This document shows positions 27,336-40,786 of a stretch of DNA of 64,000 bases, in pieces. The notes beneath the pieces were generated by a model. That model did not search any database. It had not been told where the DNA came from and saw nothing but the letters and a program-made list of their open reading frames with translations. Every line of letters starts with the position of its first letter. Within the stretch, counting starts at the first letter, position 1. This DNA comes from Paramecium tetraurelia. Its lineage: Eukaryota. The DNA is taken from positions 310,001-374,000 of the forward strand of contig CT868019.1 in the NCBI GenBank assembly GCA_000165425.1, written 5' to 3'. Position numbers and translations under genes: made by a program.

Positions 27336-28973
27336 TCATATATCGTTTATTTTATGCTAGTATATATTTTAAACTACTTTTTTAAATTTTTTTGTTAGAT
27401 TAGAGTACCAACTTCGCCTTTCTAATACCAATCTTAATTAGTCGCTTTTAAAAGTTCCTTTAAAAAACTCTTCTATATCAGTTTGAATCGGAACTAAAAT
27501 CATTCCAAACTTATTTTTTCCTATTTGCATTTACTAATATTAAAATTAAGTATTAGGTTTTTTAACTTCTGGAATGTCAGAAAATGTAGTTATAAATAAT
27601 TATTGGAGAATACTAATAAAACCTCTGATCAAAAATTAGATATTTTAATCATCTGAATTGAAAATTTTTTTGTTTTCAGTAAGCAGGACTAAATTTGGGA
27701 TAAAATTATTCATAAGTACACACTCTGTAGCTATCATCGCCTTTTCTTTAGGTGTTATTTTAGAGTATTTGTTTTATAGGTAGTTAGTTCTTTTAGTTAC
27801 AAATATGTTATATGATTGTCTATATTCTACAAATTATTCTAAATAAGATTAATATCCAAGCTCCGGTAAAAAAGTTTGAGACTGTGTTGTGATTTCAAGG
27901 TTGGAAATAAGATGAGAGCATAAATTTAAAAAGTTAGTTATAGCTAAGTCTTTATAGAAATCTTCGAGATTGCTTTCCTATATTCTTAATAGAAATATTA
28001 CAATAAAATTCCATTATTTAAGTGTTTAAAATTTTAATACAGAAAGAACTTTAGTCAAGGATATCTGAGTCCATTGCTTTATTTTACTCTAGACCTATTT
28101 ATCCTTAAATTTAAAAATTTTGCTTAGTTGAAAATATAGCTACTAACTCTATAGCCATAATTTTTTCTTTGGTCTACGGCGTAATATATGAATATATTTT
28201 ACCTCACTAATATCATCATTCTAAATACAGCCCGAACAACCAAAAAATAGGTTTTAAATTTATTTGTTTTGATTTACAACTGAACTTAGTTTTAAGTATT
28301 CTAAAAGGTCTAAAAGATTTATTATTTTTTATCTTAGGATGCATCGTCCTCATCTTTTTTGAATACTTTTTATACTGAATTATTATTTTTCAGTATGAAT
28401 GACATATGTTCTTCCACATCATATGGATCTTCCTTTTCAGTTGTATAATCTAAAGTTTTTAAATTTTAATTTATTTGAAAAGAAGATTGCCGCTTTTTTG
28501 GAGAATGATTCAGGTAAAATTAATTCTATGAAAAATAGCTTTAGTTTGTGCAAAATCTTTTTTCAAGATTTTATTCAGTGGACTATTCATAAAGGAAATT
28601 GTGATAAAATCCTAGATTTTCATCACTAAGCTCTTAAAATTGAATAGATTATTGAGTATTTAGTTATATATCTTGAACTGCTGATATTTTACTTTCTTTT
28701 TGTGGTTAGATAAATTTCGTCATCTAAGATTCATTCAACACTTTCGCTTATTGTTCTGGACAACTTTCACCATTATATTTTCTGGATAAATGCACTGAAA
28801 GATTTAATGCATTATACTGATGAGGGAGAATAAAAGGAGGAAAGAATATATCAGGTTCATTCTAATTTATTTATTTTGGAACAAACTTGTCATCCTTAGC
28901 CAAACCTCTCTCAGCAGCACTTTAGAAATTAAATCTCGATCCTTTATAAGTTTATGGTTGTATTACTTTTCAT
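27336..28973 (-). CDS. Hypothetical protein, FVTKRT-motif paralogue D
   Basis: MKRSRFNFQ... (25-nt intron within codon 3); KFKTYFLVVRAVFRMM; NIFVTKRTNYL...EKAMIATECVLM; TGA at 27336-27338. Confidence 0.7.
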
Positions 28974-29164
28974 CTAATAATGCACTAGAGATTTTGATAA
29001 ATAAATTATTATATCAAAGTTATTCAATATGAAATGTTACCATTATCACTAAAGAATTAAAAAAATTATTAATATTTGTTTCGTTTTTATATAGTAGATG
29101 ATGTTATTCTAATCTAAGCTCGAAACAATATTATTATTTTCATAATAACTCAATTTTTGCAAAA

Positions 29165-30218
29165 ATGTAAAGACATAGTAATGAGACTAATCCAGTGGAA
29201 TTTGTGATTGATGCTTAGAGTTCGAAGGCACCAAGTTCCCAGGAATTCGAATTTGAGACATAATCCTTTACTAGCAAAGAGGATCTCCTAAATAATTAGA
29301 ATTTTAAACCATTCTTATAGGAAAGAGATTCCACGGGAAAATTGGTTGGAAAAGACAGAAAGTTACACTTTCTTAAAGGTTAATAAATAGTATTGTACAC
29401 ATCAGACTCTAAGAGACTTTAAGTAAAACTAAATTTATTGATATTAGTTTTCAACTACATCAATTTTAGGTCTCAATCCTAGAGCTGTAACAGCAGATGA
29501 TAGAAGAATGGCCAAACGAGAGCCACTTAAGAATTTTAAATTAAATTTGTAGGCTGATCAAGGCTTTATCAAATAGTTTAGAGAAATAACTAAACATATT
29601 AAACCATCATCCAAAATGAATAGTGGATTTTTAGGACCTCATCGAGATTATTATTATAAAACAGTATTTAGAAAATTCAATTAAACAAGACAAAAACTCC
29701 AGGTCCAGGCGTATATTAATCTCTTTATATTACAGCTTCGAATCCAATTGAATTTCCAAAGAGTCCACAAATAAGTAAGCCTGGTTAGCCAGTTTGTAGT
29801 AAGGACTTTTACGATTTCAATATGGTTCAGAAGAATATCTCTGGGCCTTCCTTTGTAAAAACTTAGAGTCGTGATAGTGCTTATTAAAGAGGAATTTTCG
29901 CTTAAATTGAAATAGAAAAAAGATAAACTTTGAAATAAAAACCAGAAGAATATGATGAATAAAGGATTGATAGAGAAATAGACTATTTATTGCAGCAATA
30001 ATAAAAATATGGAAAATAATGTATGAACATAATTGATTAATTAGCGTAACCAAATTTAGCTTGGCCAGTTCCTTTATAAAAAATCGAATTGCCAGAGAAA
30101 GTACATGGACAATGGACTAAGATGCTGTATTAATCTATTTATTAATAAAACTAGCGAACGCTATGGGTTTAAAAAGTAAACTGGAGGCAGATTAATAAAG
30201 AATACAACTGCTTTGTGA
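29165..30218 (+). CDS. Hypothetical protein with a PG-rich (TPGPGVY) motif, possibly ciliary microtubule-associated
   Basis: Open in the ciliate code with three tiny introns. Contains KTPGPGVYQ, resembling the SHIPPO/STPG PGPGxY repeat. Confidence 0.75.
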
Positions 30219-30225
30219 TTATAAT

Positions 30226-31787
30226 ATGTCGAAACAGTATTAATTAATATTTAAATATGACTGATAGAAAGGCCTGGAATTAAAAAGTATTATGATATCA
30301 ATAAATAAATGAATAGGAAGATATAGCCATTCTTCACTTAGTTAAGCAATATGGGATAAAAAAATGGACAACTGTGGCTGAAAAAATGAAAGAAATATAT
30401 GGGTTATTTGGTCGATCTGGGAAATAATGCAGAGAAAGGTATCATAATCATTTGGATCCATCAATAAACAAGGATCCTTGGAGTGAAAGTGAAGAGAAGA
30501 TAATATTTTTGGCACATAGAGAACATGGAAACAAATGGGTAATATTAGGAAATTTAAAGATTTTAAGGCAGAAATTGCAAAATTACTTCCAGGTAGAACA
30601 GATAATGCCATAAAAAATCATTTCTATTCAACCTTAAGAAGAAGTTTAAGACGTATAAATAAAATGATTGGTGACAAAAACAGTAATCTGCGTAAATAAA
30701 TATTTAGCAAAGAAAAGTGTACCCAATAGATCAAGGACATTAAGCCAGGTGTTTTGTCCAAGATCTTCATACTAGCTGAAAAAAATCCATCTGAACTTAA
30801 AGATGATCATATGAAAAAGTTATGCATAGCTTGCAAAGGCTTATAAGATTCCATTCTTGAATTTGCATAATCTAAGCAAAAATCATAGATCATTCAATTC
30901 AATGAAGAGAAATTCAAGCAATTGATAGAGAAAATTATGGATTTTAAGTATTACTCTGAAACTCTATATTAAGCGGACTTTATACTAAATAAAGAGAGAA
31001 TAAATTAAAATCAAGAAAATTAAATTTGAAGAAAAGAAAGAATATTGTTGAGGAGGATGATGATGAAGAGGATGATTCATATTCTAGTTTTTATAAAATT
31101 GAAGACAATAGTATTTAAATACCAATAAAGAGATCAATTCGATAAAGTTCAAGAAAAAAAATTGTAATAATTTCATACATATTGAATATAGAAATTCAAC
31201 GATGAAGATGAACTTGATATTATTATTAGGACTAAACAGGGTTCAGTCTTTAAAATAATTTATGATAGATTTTAATTTTAAACATATGAAAATGTATTCA
31301 ATCTACTTATTTAAAGGAATCTTCATAAGAATCTCAAAATGAATAAAATTCTAATTAGAATTTACAAAATAAAATTACTCAATTAACAATTTCTTCAAAT
31401 AAACTAAATTTTGAAAATACAAATTCTAAAGAATTAAAAAATGAAACAATTCATTTTGAGAATATTCATACTAGTAAGTCTAGTTTTACACCCTTAATTT
31501 TGATCAAACCATTACTTAATGTTGATCATTCAAACTTTGATCAATATTTAGAAAAGTTGAAACAAGATATTGGTTTTAATTATTATTTATAATTAGATGC
31601 AAATTCTTAAAAATATCTATAAGGAGAAGACCTTAATTTAGATATCAATATTGATTTTGCAGAAGCGACCAAAGATTTTACGAAATCATCAAGCTCTAAA
31701 TTTGGATACACTTCAAGTGCATTTAAAAAATACAAAAAAGATCTAGATTTAGATAATTTCTTTGTCACACCAAATAATTATTAATGA
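30226..31787 (+). CDS. R2R3 Myb DNA-binding protein
   Basis: [28 protein letters not shown]...[64 protein letters not shown]. Multiple tiny introns. Confidence 0.93.
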
Positions 31788-31806
31788 TAAATTTAATCAT
31801 GAAATT

Positions 31807-32481
31807 TCAAAATTATTTCCATGTATTCTAAAAGAAATCTACAAATATTAAAATTTATACATTAGAGTTCATTTTATTAAGTTTGGCTTCTTACTGATAA
31901 AGGATTCTTTATCAAAGGAGAATTCAAGAAGTTATTAGCTATCTAATCCATATTCACTGTCTTTGATGATTTATAACTATTTTAACTAACTTTCTAAGAT
32001 TGTGTTTATTTTATTTATTATTCGACTTTTGTACTGAGTTGGTTACTTTTATTTTTCAAATTTAACGATAAGAAATTTAAATCTTAATCTTAAATCGATA
32101 CATTCTTTTTGCACTTATTACTAGCTTATTCCTTTTTCTTCTGAATAGGTGAATATTATGATTAGATCAATGGACTTTTTGAAATTCTTAACTATTTATC
32201 CTCAGTAAATGTGAAATTCCCTATTCTAGGAGTTATTGACTATTAGATATTGATAACTTTTTCTTTTAAAGTTGCCATCTCTTTTCTTAGCTTTTATTGT
32301 TTGCAAGAGCCTAGTTATAAATTTTGAATATACTTGCAATAAGTTTTATCGTCTCAATCGATATATCCTAAGTTTTACTTTTCATAGCTGATATTCCGAT
32401 TATCACAAGGTATTTGACTAGTTTTTGTGTAAACATAAGATCATAGTCCTTTATAAATGAAGTTAATTCTTTGATATTCAT
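31807..32481 (-). CDS. Hypothetical protein
   Basis: MNIKELTSFIKDYD...IANNFLNSPL...; two tiny introns; TGA at 31807-31809. Confidence 0.65.
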
Positions 32482-32861
32482 TGTTAATTAATATTCTTCT
32501 AACAATTAATGAAACCAAAATTTTATCAATATGTGATCTATAAGTTAGAATTTAATAACATTTCTTTATTTGAGTTATAGCAATAGGACTATACTTCTTA
32601 ATATAAATTATTTTAAGAAATTAAGAAAAATGATTAACATTTATCATTCTGAAAAAAGAAAGTTCGTATTAATATAAAACATTTAAATAAAAAATCAATG
32701 GCAGTTCAAATTTTATAAGAATTTGATAATTTTGTACAAATCTAATACAAACTAACAATGGTCAGTAGTAACATTATTAGGTCATTAAAAGGTAAACCTA
32801 TTTAATATTTATTACGATATGATATTATAATTAAGATGAGATAATTAAATTTATTTGTCTA

Positions 32862-35150
32862 ATGAAATTGTTTAGCTTTTTAAAAAGAAAAACAAATAAT
32901 CTTCATCATATCACGTACTCAAATAATGATGAATATCATGGTATCTATAATGTGAAATAATATAGGGGAAATGAAAGAAAGCTTAAAACATGGAAAAGGA
33001 GTCTACAAATTTGATAATGGCAATAGGTATGAAGGTGAATGGTCTAAAAATCAAAAACATGGAAAAGGGAAGTATTATTATAGCAGTGGAGAATTATATA
33101 TTGGACAATGGAAAGAAAACAAGAAAAGTGGTCATGGCTAACATTTCGGATTACATGGCGATAGATATGTTGGATAATGGTCACATAACTACAAGCACGG
33201 TAAGGGAACAATTTTTTATGGAGATAATTCAATTTATTCTGGTAACTAAAATTTATAATTGTAAGGTGAATTTTAAGAAAATAAAAAAAATGGTCCCGGT
33301 TACTTCTACAGCTCCATAACAAAGGAGTTGAGCTTTTAAATGTTTGAGAATGACAAATTGCTTGAATAAAGTCCAGTTGAGAAAGTTCCAAGTGAATTTG
33401 AAAATGTGTTTTCTGCTTATTTAGTGCATGATAATCATATTAAACATCTTCAATCCTAATTAAATAAATCTGATGAAAATCACTTGATACAACAAGAGGC
33501 ACATGGATTTGAAACACTTCAAGCTTTAAATGAAACTGTTACTGTGAAGGGAAACAAAAAAAGTATTAAATTATTTATTTATATTAATTAGTGTAAGATT
33601 GGAATACAAATGATGTTTGTGTATGGTTGGAATGCTTAGGTTTATCCTAATATAAGGAAAATTTCTAGAAAAATCAAATGGTAGGAGAAATCCTACATAA
33701 TTTGACAGATAAGGAATTGAAAGAAGAATTAGGCATCCAGATACTTGGACATAGAAAACAAATCTTATAGTAGATTAATATGCACAAAAAATACTACATA
33801 AAAACGATGTCGAATTAAATATAAAAGACAGAAAGTGAAAATTCAGCTGATTAATCTTCGAAATATGATCAATTGTTTTCTATCATTCAAAAGATCGAGT
33901 CTACAACAACTTTAGGAAAGGAAACTAAGATTCCAAAGTAAAAGAAATAAAAGTAAAAATCTACTTAAGGATCTGAAGAAAAATAATCTTCTCCTTTATC
34001 TTAAAAAAAATAATCTCCAAAATAAGGTAATTAAGGTTAAATTATAAAAACAGAGGATAATTGTGATCTCAATAATTTTAATGTTGACAATTTGAATAGA
34101 TTAGATTCTTCAGGGGAAAGCTCTTTCTGTTCAATTGAAATTTAATAAACTCAGTTAAAGGCAGAGAATGTTTATCAGAAATTTTTAGATAAGGGTTACT
34201 ATAATGCTTAAGAACATAATTTGTAGTAGAAGCACTAAGAGAAAATAATGAGTTTATTGAAAGACTTAGGAATTAATGAAAAGTTATTAATCAATTTCTA
34301 AGAAATCAAATAAGGAACACAAATTGGAGAAGGAAATTTTGGAATAGTTTATAAAGGAAATTGGCTTGGATAGGATGTAGCCATCAAATCATATTGTTAG
34401 AAATAAGACCAATCTAAAAATAGATAAACTATGGCCGATTTTCTAAAGGAGGTCCAAGTTATCTCTGAATTGAGGCATCCAAATATTGTGCTCTATATGG
34501 GTGTTTGTATCAAAAAACACAACTTATATCTAATTACAGAGTATTATTTATTTAAATTTAGATATATGGAAAATGGAAGTTTGTATGATCATATTCATAA
34601 AAAAAAATCAAAAAATCTAAATTTTGTTCATATTATTGAGGATATAGCTCTAGGAATGTATAACCTCCATGGAAGAGGTATTATGCATTGTGACTTGAAA
34701 TCCTCGAATGTACTAATTGATTCAGATTGGAATGTTAAGCTTTGTGATTTTGGTTTATCAAGGATTAAGACCAAGAAAACAAAAAGTACAATTGGAACCT
34801 CTTATTAAATGGCTCCAGAAATAATGAGAGGAGAGCCATACACTGAAAAATCAGATGTCTTTTCTTTTGGAATGATTTTATGGGAAATTATGACTGGTAA
34901 AATTCCATATCAGAATTTATCCATAACTTAAATCATTGAAACTGTTGGTTGGGGACATAATCTTGTTGAAATTCCCTAACAAAGTAATCCTCCAGTTTTG
35001 GCAATTCTTGCTAAAGATTGTCTTTAAAAGGAACCATCTAAAAGACCTAATTTTGCAAGAATTGTTGAAATAATTTAATAAAGTAAAAATAATAAGTGTC
35101 AGAACAAAGATAAAGCTAAAAAATTATTGATCGACTTTTTATAAAATTGA
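32862..35150 (+). CDS. MORN-repeat / SAM / tyrosine-kinase-like (TKL) protein kinase
   Basis: MORN repeats (YEGEWSKNQKHGKGKY), SAM (WNTNDVCVWLECLGLSQYKENF...LGHRKQIL), kinase motifs GEGNFG, VAIK, HCDLKSSN, DFG, MAPE. The start could extend to ATG 32698 only through an atypical 44-nt intron. Confidence 0.9.
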
Positions 35151-36136
35151 AGTTTACATTTATAATATGTATTATAATTGATTGATTGAATTTTAAATTA
35201 AACTAATTCTTATACAATATTTACGCTTAGTTTTTTAATTTATTGATTATCAAAGGCTATTCTTTCACTGAAAATAATTGCTTTATCAAATTAAATAATT
35301 AAGTTCTATTGATCACTGAAATATTAATTTACTTATTTAAAATATCAAAATTAAATGTAACTCCAAAAATAGTGTTAGATTAAAGAAAACATTACATCAA
35401 CACAGTCATTTTGTTAAGAAAAGATTCAAAGAGGATTATTAAATTTTAATATTGTATATTTATTTTAATAAGCTTATTTAAACATTTACTTTAAAACATT
35501 CAATTTCTGAATAGAAATTGAATTGCTTTGAATTGTGTCACAATATATTTTTAAGCCATAAATATGTCTAGTTCTAATTTCGAGTGTAAAAATTAATAAT
35601 AAAGTATTTATTCAATGTTATCATAAGAAATTAAGTATTGCTTAAATTTAGATTAAGTTTAATTAATAAAGAAGTGTACATGGAAAATTAAATTTTTATC
35701 ACAATTTCTTAGAATTCACTATTAGAATTAGTAATTTTCTAAATAAATAATATTTTTAGATATTATGGAGGATGCGGATGAAATAATGTAGTTTTGGAAG
35801 GAAAATTTAATTAAATTCTAGAGAGAAAAATGAATGAAAACGATAAAATAATCATAAAAGAGCCGACATAATCTTATTACTTAGGAGTATTTTGTCTTTC
35901 GAATTATAATGAATAGGTGGTAAAGAACTGAAATTTGGAGGGAAATTAAATGAGTTTTTGAAATGAGGAGTTGTGGGGAGTGAGGAGAACTATGAGTAAT
36001 ATATGTATGAAAATTAAAGGGGGAATGAAGACATTATAAATTGAGTAATATTTCCATCTAATTTTTAGTTAGAAAATCTTGGAGAAATTAAAATTATCAA
36101 TTATATTCAATATTTTCATTTACAATATTATAATAA

Positions 36137-37618
36137 ATGAATAATGATAATACAAACAATGATGCAAATTACAATGAATTTGAACTTCAGCTTCAAAGAT
36201 TTTAATTTTCGCTCTATGCTTTCGGATTTAATTTTTATTTAGACAATCAGGAATTTAATAGAGGAGATTCCTTTGGTGAAGAGGATGATATAGTAAGAGG
36301 TTAGAGATTAGCCCAAAGAAGAGAAAGAAATTCGCCAAGGTAATATTTTGATTGAAGTGTAGGGAAAAATATTAAAATCTTTAAAAATATCTTCAAAAGC
36401 GCACAGAGCCTATACAAAATGATCATTTAGATTAGAGTTAACCTTACATCAAAGTTACTTGTCAAAGAAATACGAATGTGAATAATCAATATTTTATTAA
36501 CGAATTTGGGTAATTAAAATAAGGATTTTTATAGACTGATTGGCTCGCTAAAAAACACAAACTCAAAAGATATTTTGATCGGAAGATCTCATCGAAATTA
36601 AAATCAAGATCTCATTCCTAATGATATAAGTAGAATTGAAATAACATTTTGATTAGTATTACCAGAAGATCGAGTAATTTCAAGGATTCATTGTAAAATA
36701 GTTTGCAAAGACTACTTTAGAAAGGATTAAATACTGGACTAAGGATATCAATTTGCATTAATGCACATCAACCTGCCAAAAATGATCAAGCATAAAATAA
36801 GTTAATTTTTAGAGTAAATTATATAATTTATAAAAGAGAACCAAGAAATGTTTACATCTAAGATTTAGGAAGTATATGTGGAACTTACTTGAGAGTATTC
36901 AGATCGGAGCCTTACTTATTATCTATTGATACTAAGTTCAGTATAGGTAGTGAGACCAACTTTAGTATTGTTTTGAATGAAACATATAAGCAAAATTTAA
37001 AAGAAGTAGATTAGGAATTTTACAGAACCTTGAAAAGATTAAGTTGTTTGAAATCATCATAGAGACATGAAATTTATTTTTAGGACAAACAGAAATAATA
37101 GGAATTTCAATAATTAGAGGAAGAAACAACAACCACCAATCCTAGAGAGTATTATTAAAAGTTAAAAGAATATAATGTTCCAATTTTAGGAATCAAATTT
37201 TCTGGTCAAGGTGTTGACTAAAATAAACAACATAACATCTTAATAGGCAAATAAAATTTAGATACAGATGATTTCTACATAGGGAGAGGAGCAGAAAATG
37301 CAATTAAGATAAATTAAAACACAATTTCTAGAAAATAATGTAGAATTAAATATTCAGTTAAGTAAATAGGTTTCTATATAATTTGTTAGACATCAATCTT
37401 GGGTAATTTCAGATGGGGCATTAGATAGAGATTCAGCTAATGGGACTTGGGTGAGCCTTTCAACCGTTGAGTAATCAGATATGAAGAAGGAATCTAATTA
37501 GATTATATTGAAACACAATTCTGAAATCAAAATAGGAGATTTCAACCTGAAAGTGGAATTAGTTAAGGGATAGAGGCGCAAATTTGGATAATAAATTAAA
37601 GAATTGCTGTCTGTTTGA
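36137..37618 (+). CDS. Tandem FHA-domain protein
   Basis: FHA1: GRS...ISRIHCKI...QDLGSICGTYL. FHA2: YIGRGAENAIKI...ISRKQCRI...SANGTWV. TGA at 37616-37618. Confidence 0.8.
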
Positions 37619-37715
37619 TTGATATATTTTATTAATTAAATAATAGTGACGCTATTTTTGTTATTCATAAAATTATATCTTTTTTAATCTCTAAATAAAT
37701 TTATTTATCATAATA

Positions 37716-38693
37716 ATGAGCAACGTTCCCAATTCACAACATCCACCTTAAGCTCCATAACAAGGTGCACCATACTAACCAAATCACTTCTAACCTGGAT
37801 TTGCTCCTTAATATGCCCCCGCTCCAGTGGCTTATGGTCCCCCTCTTACTTCATCACCATTGAGATATTCTCAACCTCTTTATTAGCCATCTGTTGTAGC
37901 ATAGCCAGTATATGCCCCATAAGTTGTCTAACAACCTGTGTATGCTCCCCCTGTGGTTCAACAACCAGTCTATGCTCCACCAGTTGTTTAACAACCAGTT
38001 GTCACTCAATCTGTTGTTGCTCAACCAGTTGTTGCTCAACCCGTCGTTGCTGCATAACCAATCAAAGGAGAAAGCAGAATCGAATATGTTCCATATGAAA
38101 AGACTGTTTTGGAATATGAAGAAGTCAGACAAAAAATTCAAGTTCCAAGAGAAAGATATGTGACTGATTATTATGCAGTTGAGTACTAAACAGAATATGT
38201 TCCATAAGTATTCCAAGAAAAATTCACAGGTATTTATTAATAATATCATCATTAGAATACGTCCCAGTAGATAGATATTAAGAAAGAGTTGAATACTATC
38301 CAGTCGAAAGATAGGTTGTTCATTAATAGGTCCAACCAGTTGTTTAACAACCAGTCTAAGTTGTTTAACAACCAGTATCAGTTGTCTAATAGCCAGTCCA
38401 ATATGTTTAATAACCAGTTGTCTAATAACCAGTCTAATATGTTTAATAACCAGTCGTCTAATAACCTTTGGTTCAATCAATCCCAGTCTAGACTGTTCGT
38501 CCACCAGTTTATGCTCCAGGATCATTACCTTTAGGCCAAACTGTATCACCAAGATTACCCCCTCAAGCTTAAGTATTATTTATCACAATTAAATTAGACC
38601 AAACCTACCGGTTAACCATAAGCATAACAAAAATAACCACAATAATAATAGAAACCAAAGAGCTTTTTGGACAGATTATTCGACAGAGATTGA
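37716..38693 (+). CDS. Epiplasmin (cortical membrane-skeleton protein)
   Basis: PVQ-rich repeats (QQPVYAPPVV, QQPVQYV) flank the central domain KGESRIEYVPYEKTVLEYEEVRQKIQVPRERYVTDYYAVEYQTEYVPQV...EYVPVDRYQERVEYYPVERQVV; C-terminus KSFLDRLFDRD*. Confidence 0.92.
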
Positions 38694-40045
38694 TATGGAT
38701 TATTTTATTAAGATAAATATATCAAATCAAATTTTGAATTTTCTAGATTCCTCAATCCATCTTAAAATTTCTCCATTCAATAAAATAATTCTGTAATGAA
38801 TTTTGATTTTCTCCTTTACACAAGGAAGAAGGGCATTGATAACACCAATAATAACAACCATAGCATAGTAACCTCCTCTTTATTAAATATCCTATCCTCT
38901 TTTTATAATCTATCACTCAAATGTAAGAAAAAAGAGGACTTCCAAATAATCAATATATCATATCAACATTCCGCTAATCATTAGAATTCTTGGTTTTTCT
39001 GCCACCCAGTTATGTCTGAGGATCAAATTTTCGTATCTTTTACAAGTTTCTAATACTATACAAATTCTTAAAATTGAAAAAAGATTATTTCTAATTTGGG
39101 TTGATGAAGTTCTAGCATAACCATAACTAAAATTAGTAATTATCTTCTATAGAAATAAAAAGACTTCCATTCAAAAATTAGATTTAATTTAAAAAGAATT
39201 GATCATGATATAAGATTTTATATATAACCTTGCATAATTCAAACCCATAATTATTCTTTAAGTGTTCTTAATGTATAAATCCATTACTTATTTTATTCTA
39301 ATTGTTTAAAAGATAATACTAATGCTTTTATATTGAAGGGTAATGCTTCTATGAATTAAAATTTATTATTTACAAAATTCTGGATATTTTCAGATCGGAA
39401 TGACTTTCATTTATTACAAAATCTTAAAGATGTATAATTTTCTGGTTAACTAATAATCTTCTTTATAAACTAATGGTGACAGTAAATATAGTTAGAAGGA
39501 AGTATAAAAAGTATAGTGTGAATTTTTTAAAAAGAATAAAATGGCTAAATTTGAGTTATTTCAAAGATTGACAAAACATTCCATTAAGTAAATGAAAAGA
39601 AAACCTATAACTAAAAAGATTGAATGAAGAAAAAATTTCGAAGTAAATTTATTTAAATAAAATAGTAAATATTATTTTTTGATTAATCAATAATTATTAT
39701 TATTTAAATGAAATGAAAATTTTATCTCTGTGAAACCTCAAAATACTATTAATTATCTTTTTATATTAGAATCAGATTATTTGATAAAATTATATGATTA
39801 ATATTTAATAAATTAATGTATAAACAAGTATGTAGCATCTCAGGAAAAGTGAATTATGAATACTTCTTTTTAGATACTAGAAGAGAATATTAAATCAAAG
39901 AAATAATGTCTCTAAGAAAAATCAATTGAGTTGTTTCGTAATTTATATTTTTCTTGAAGTAATTATTAAGTTGAATTTATAAGAAGAAAGCTATCTAAAG
40001 CATGATATTAGTATGAAGTTACTTTATATTAATAAAAAATGAAAG

Positions 40046-40552
40046 TCATTAATCATCTTTACTTTTGTTAACTTATTCTTGAGCTTATCGAAGGATATAA
40101 TTTTCTTACTCTAATTTTTCTATTTTTTCTTGGAGCTATTTGTTTTACTCTAAAATATTTTCTAATTCAAAAAATTATTTTAATTAATCTTCCTATTTTC
40201 TTACAAGTTCCTTTAAATTTTGATTTTCTTAAGTTAGCTTTTTTATTTCTTATTGTTGCTCATACCCTGTTTTAAATAAAATTTTGGCAGGGCTTTCAGA
40301 AGTCTGTATTCTTTATATACTATTAGGATGATAGTAGTTATTTGCAGTTGAAATTAATTTTTGTTTATCCAGAACCTAATTTGGAGTTGAAAGCTAAAAT
40401 TCTCTTTTTTTAAGTCTAAAATCGGTCTGAGGTGAATTGGAATTATTTTATCCAGTTGATAATTGGGACACATGATGTTTCTAAGTTGGAGTTAGTAAAT
40501 TAGTAGTTATCTTATAATTTTAAGGTGAGACTAAAGGACTTTTTGATCTCAT
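40046..40552 (-). CDS. Small coiled-coil hypothetical protein
   Basis: MRSKSPLVSPQ...EIKKLTQENQNLKELVRKQ...NKSKDDQ*; no intron needed. Confidence 0.65.
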
Positions 40553-40786
40553 TATAATTAATTCTAAATAAAAATTTATTTTACTTTAAAACATCAAAAA
40601 TATTAGAAATAAAAAATTACGTTAATGAATTTTGAATTACTGTGATGTTTGTTTTCTAATGACGATAATCAAGGAAAAATATCAAATCATATTTGAATTG
40701 ATAAGTATTGTTTAGTGTTATCTAAGTTAAAGATGAAAAACAAGAGATGATTGATATATAAATTATTGTTACAAATAAGAAGGATT

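Noticed and set aside
32698..32861. Possible extra 5' exon of the MORN-SAM kinase
   Set aside because: It requires a 44-nt intron, outside the size range seen elsewhere here. ATG 32862 gives a sensible start.
38330..38470. Tandem ~21-nt DNA repeats (AACCAGT.. units) that could be mistaken for a CRISPR or satellite array
   Set aside because: They encode epiplasmin QQPV(Q/V) peptide repeats and have no unique spacers.
37854..38552. 232-aa minus-strand ORF in the track
   Set aside because: Antisense shadow of the repetitive epiplasmin coding sequence.
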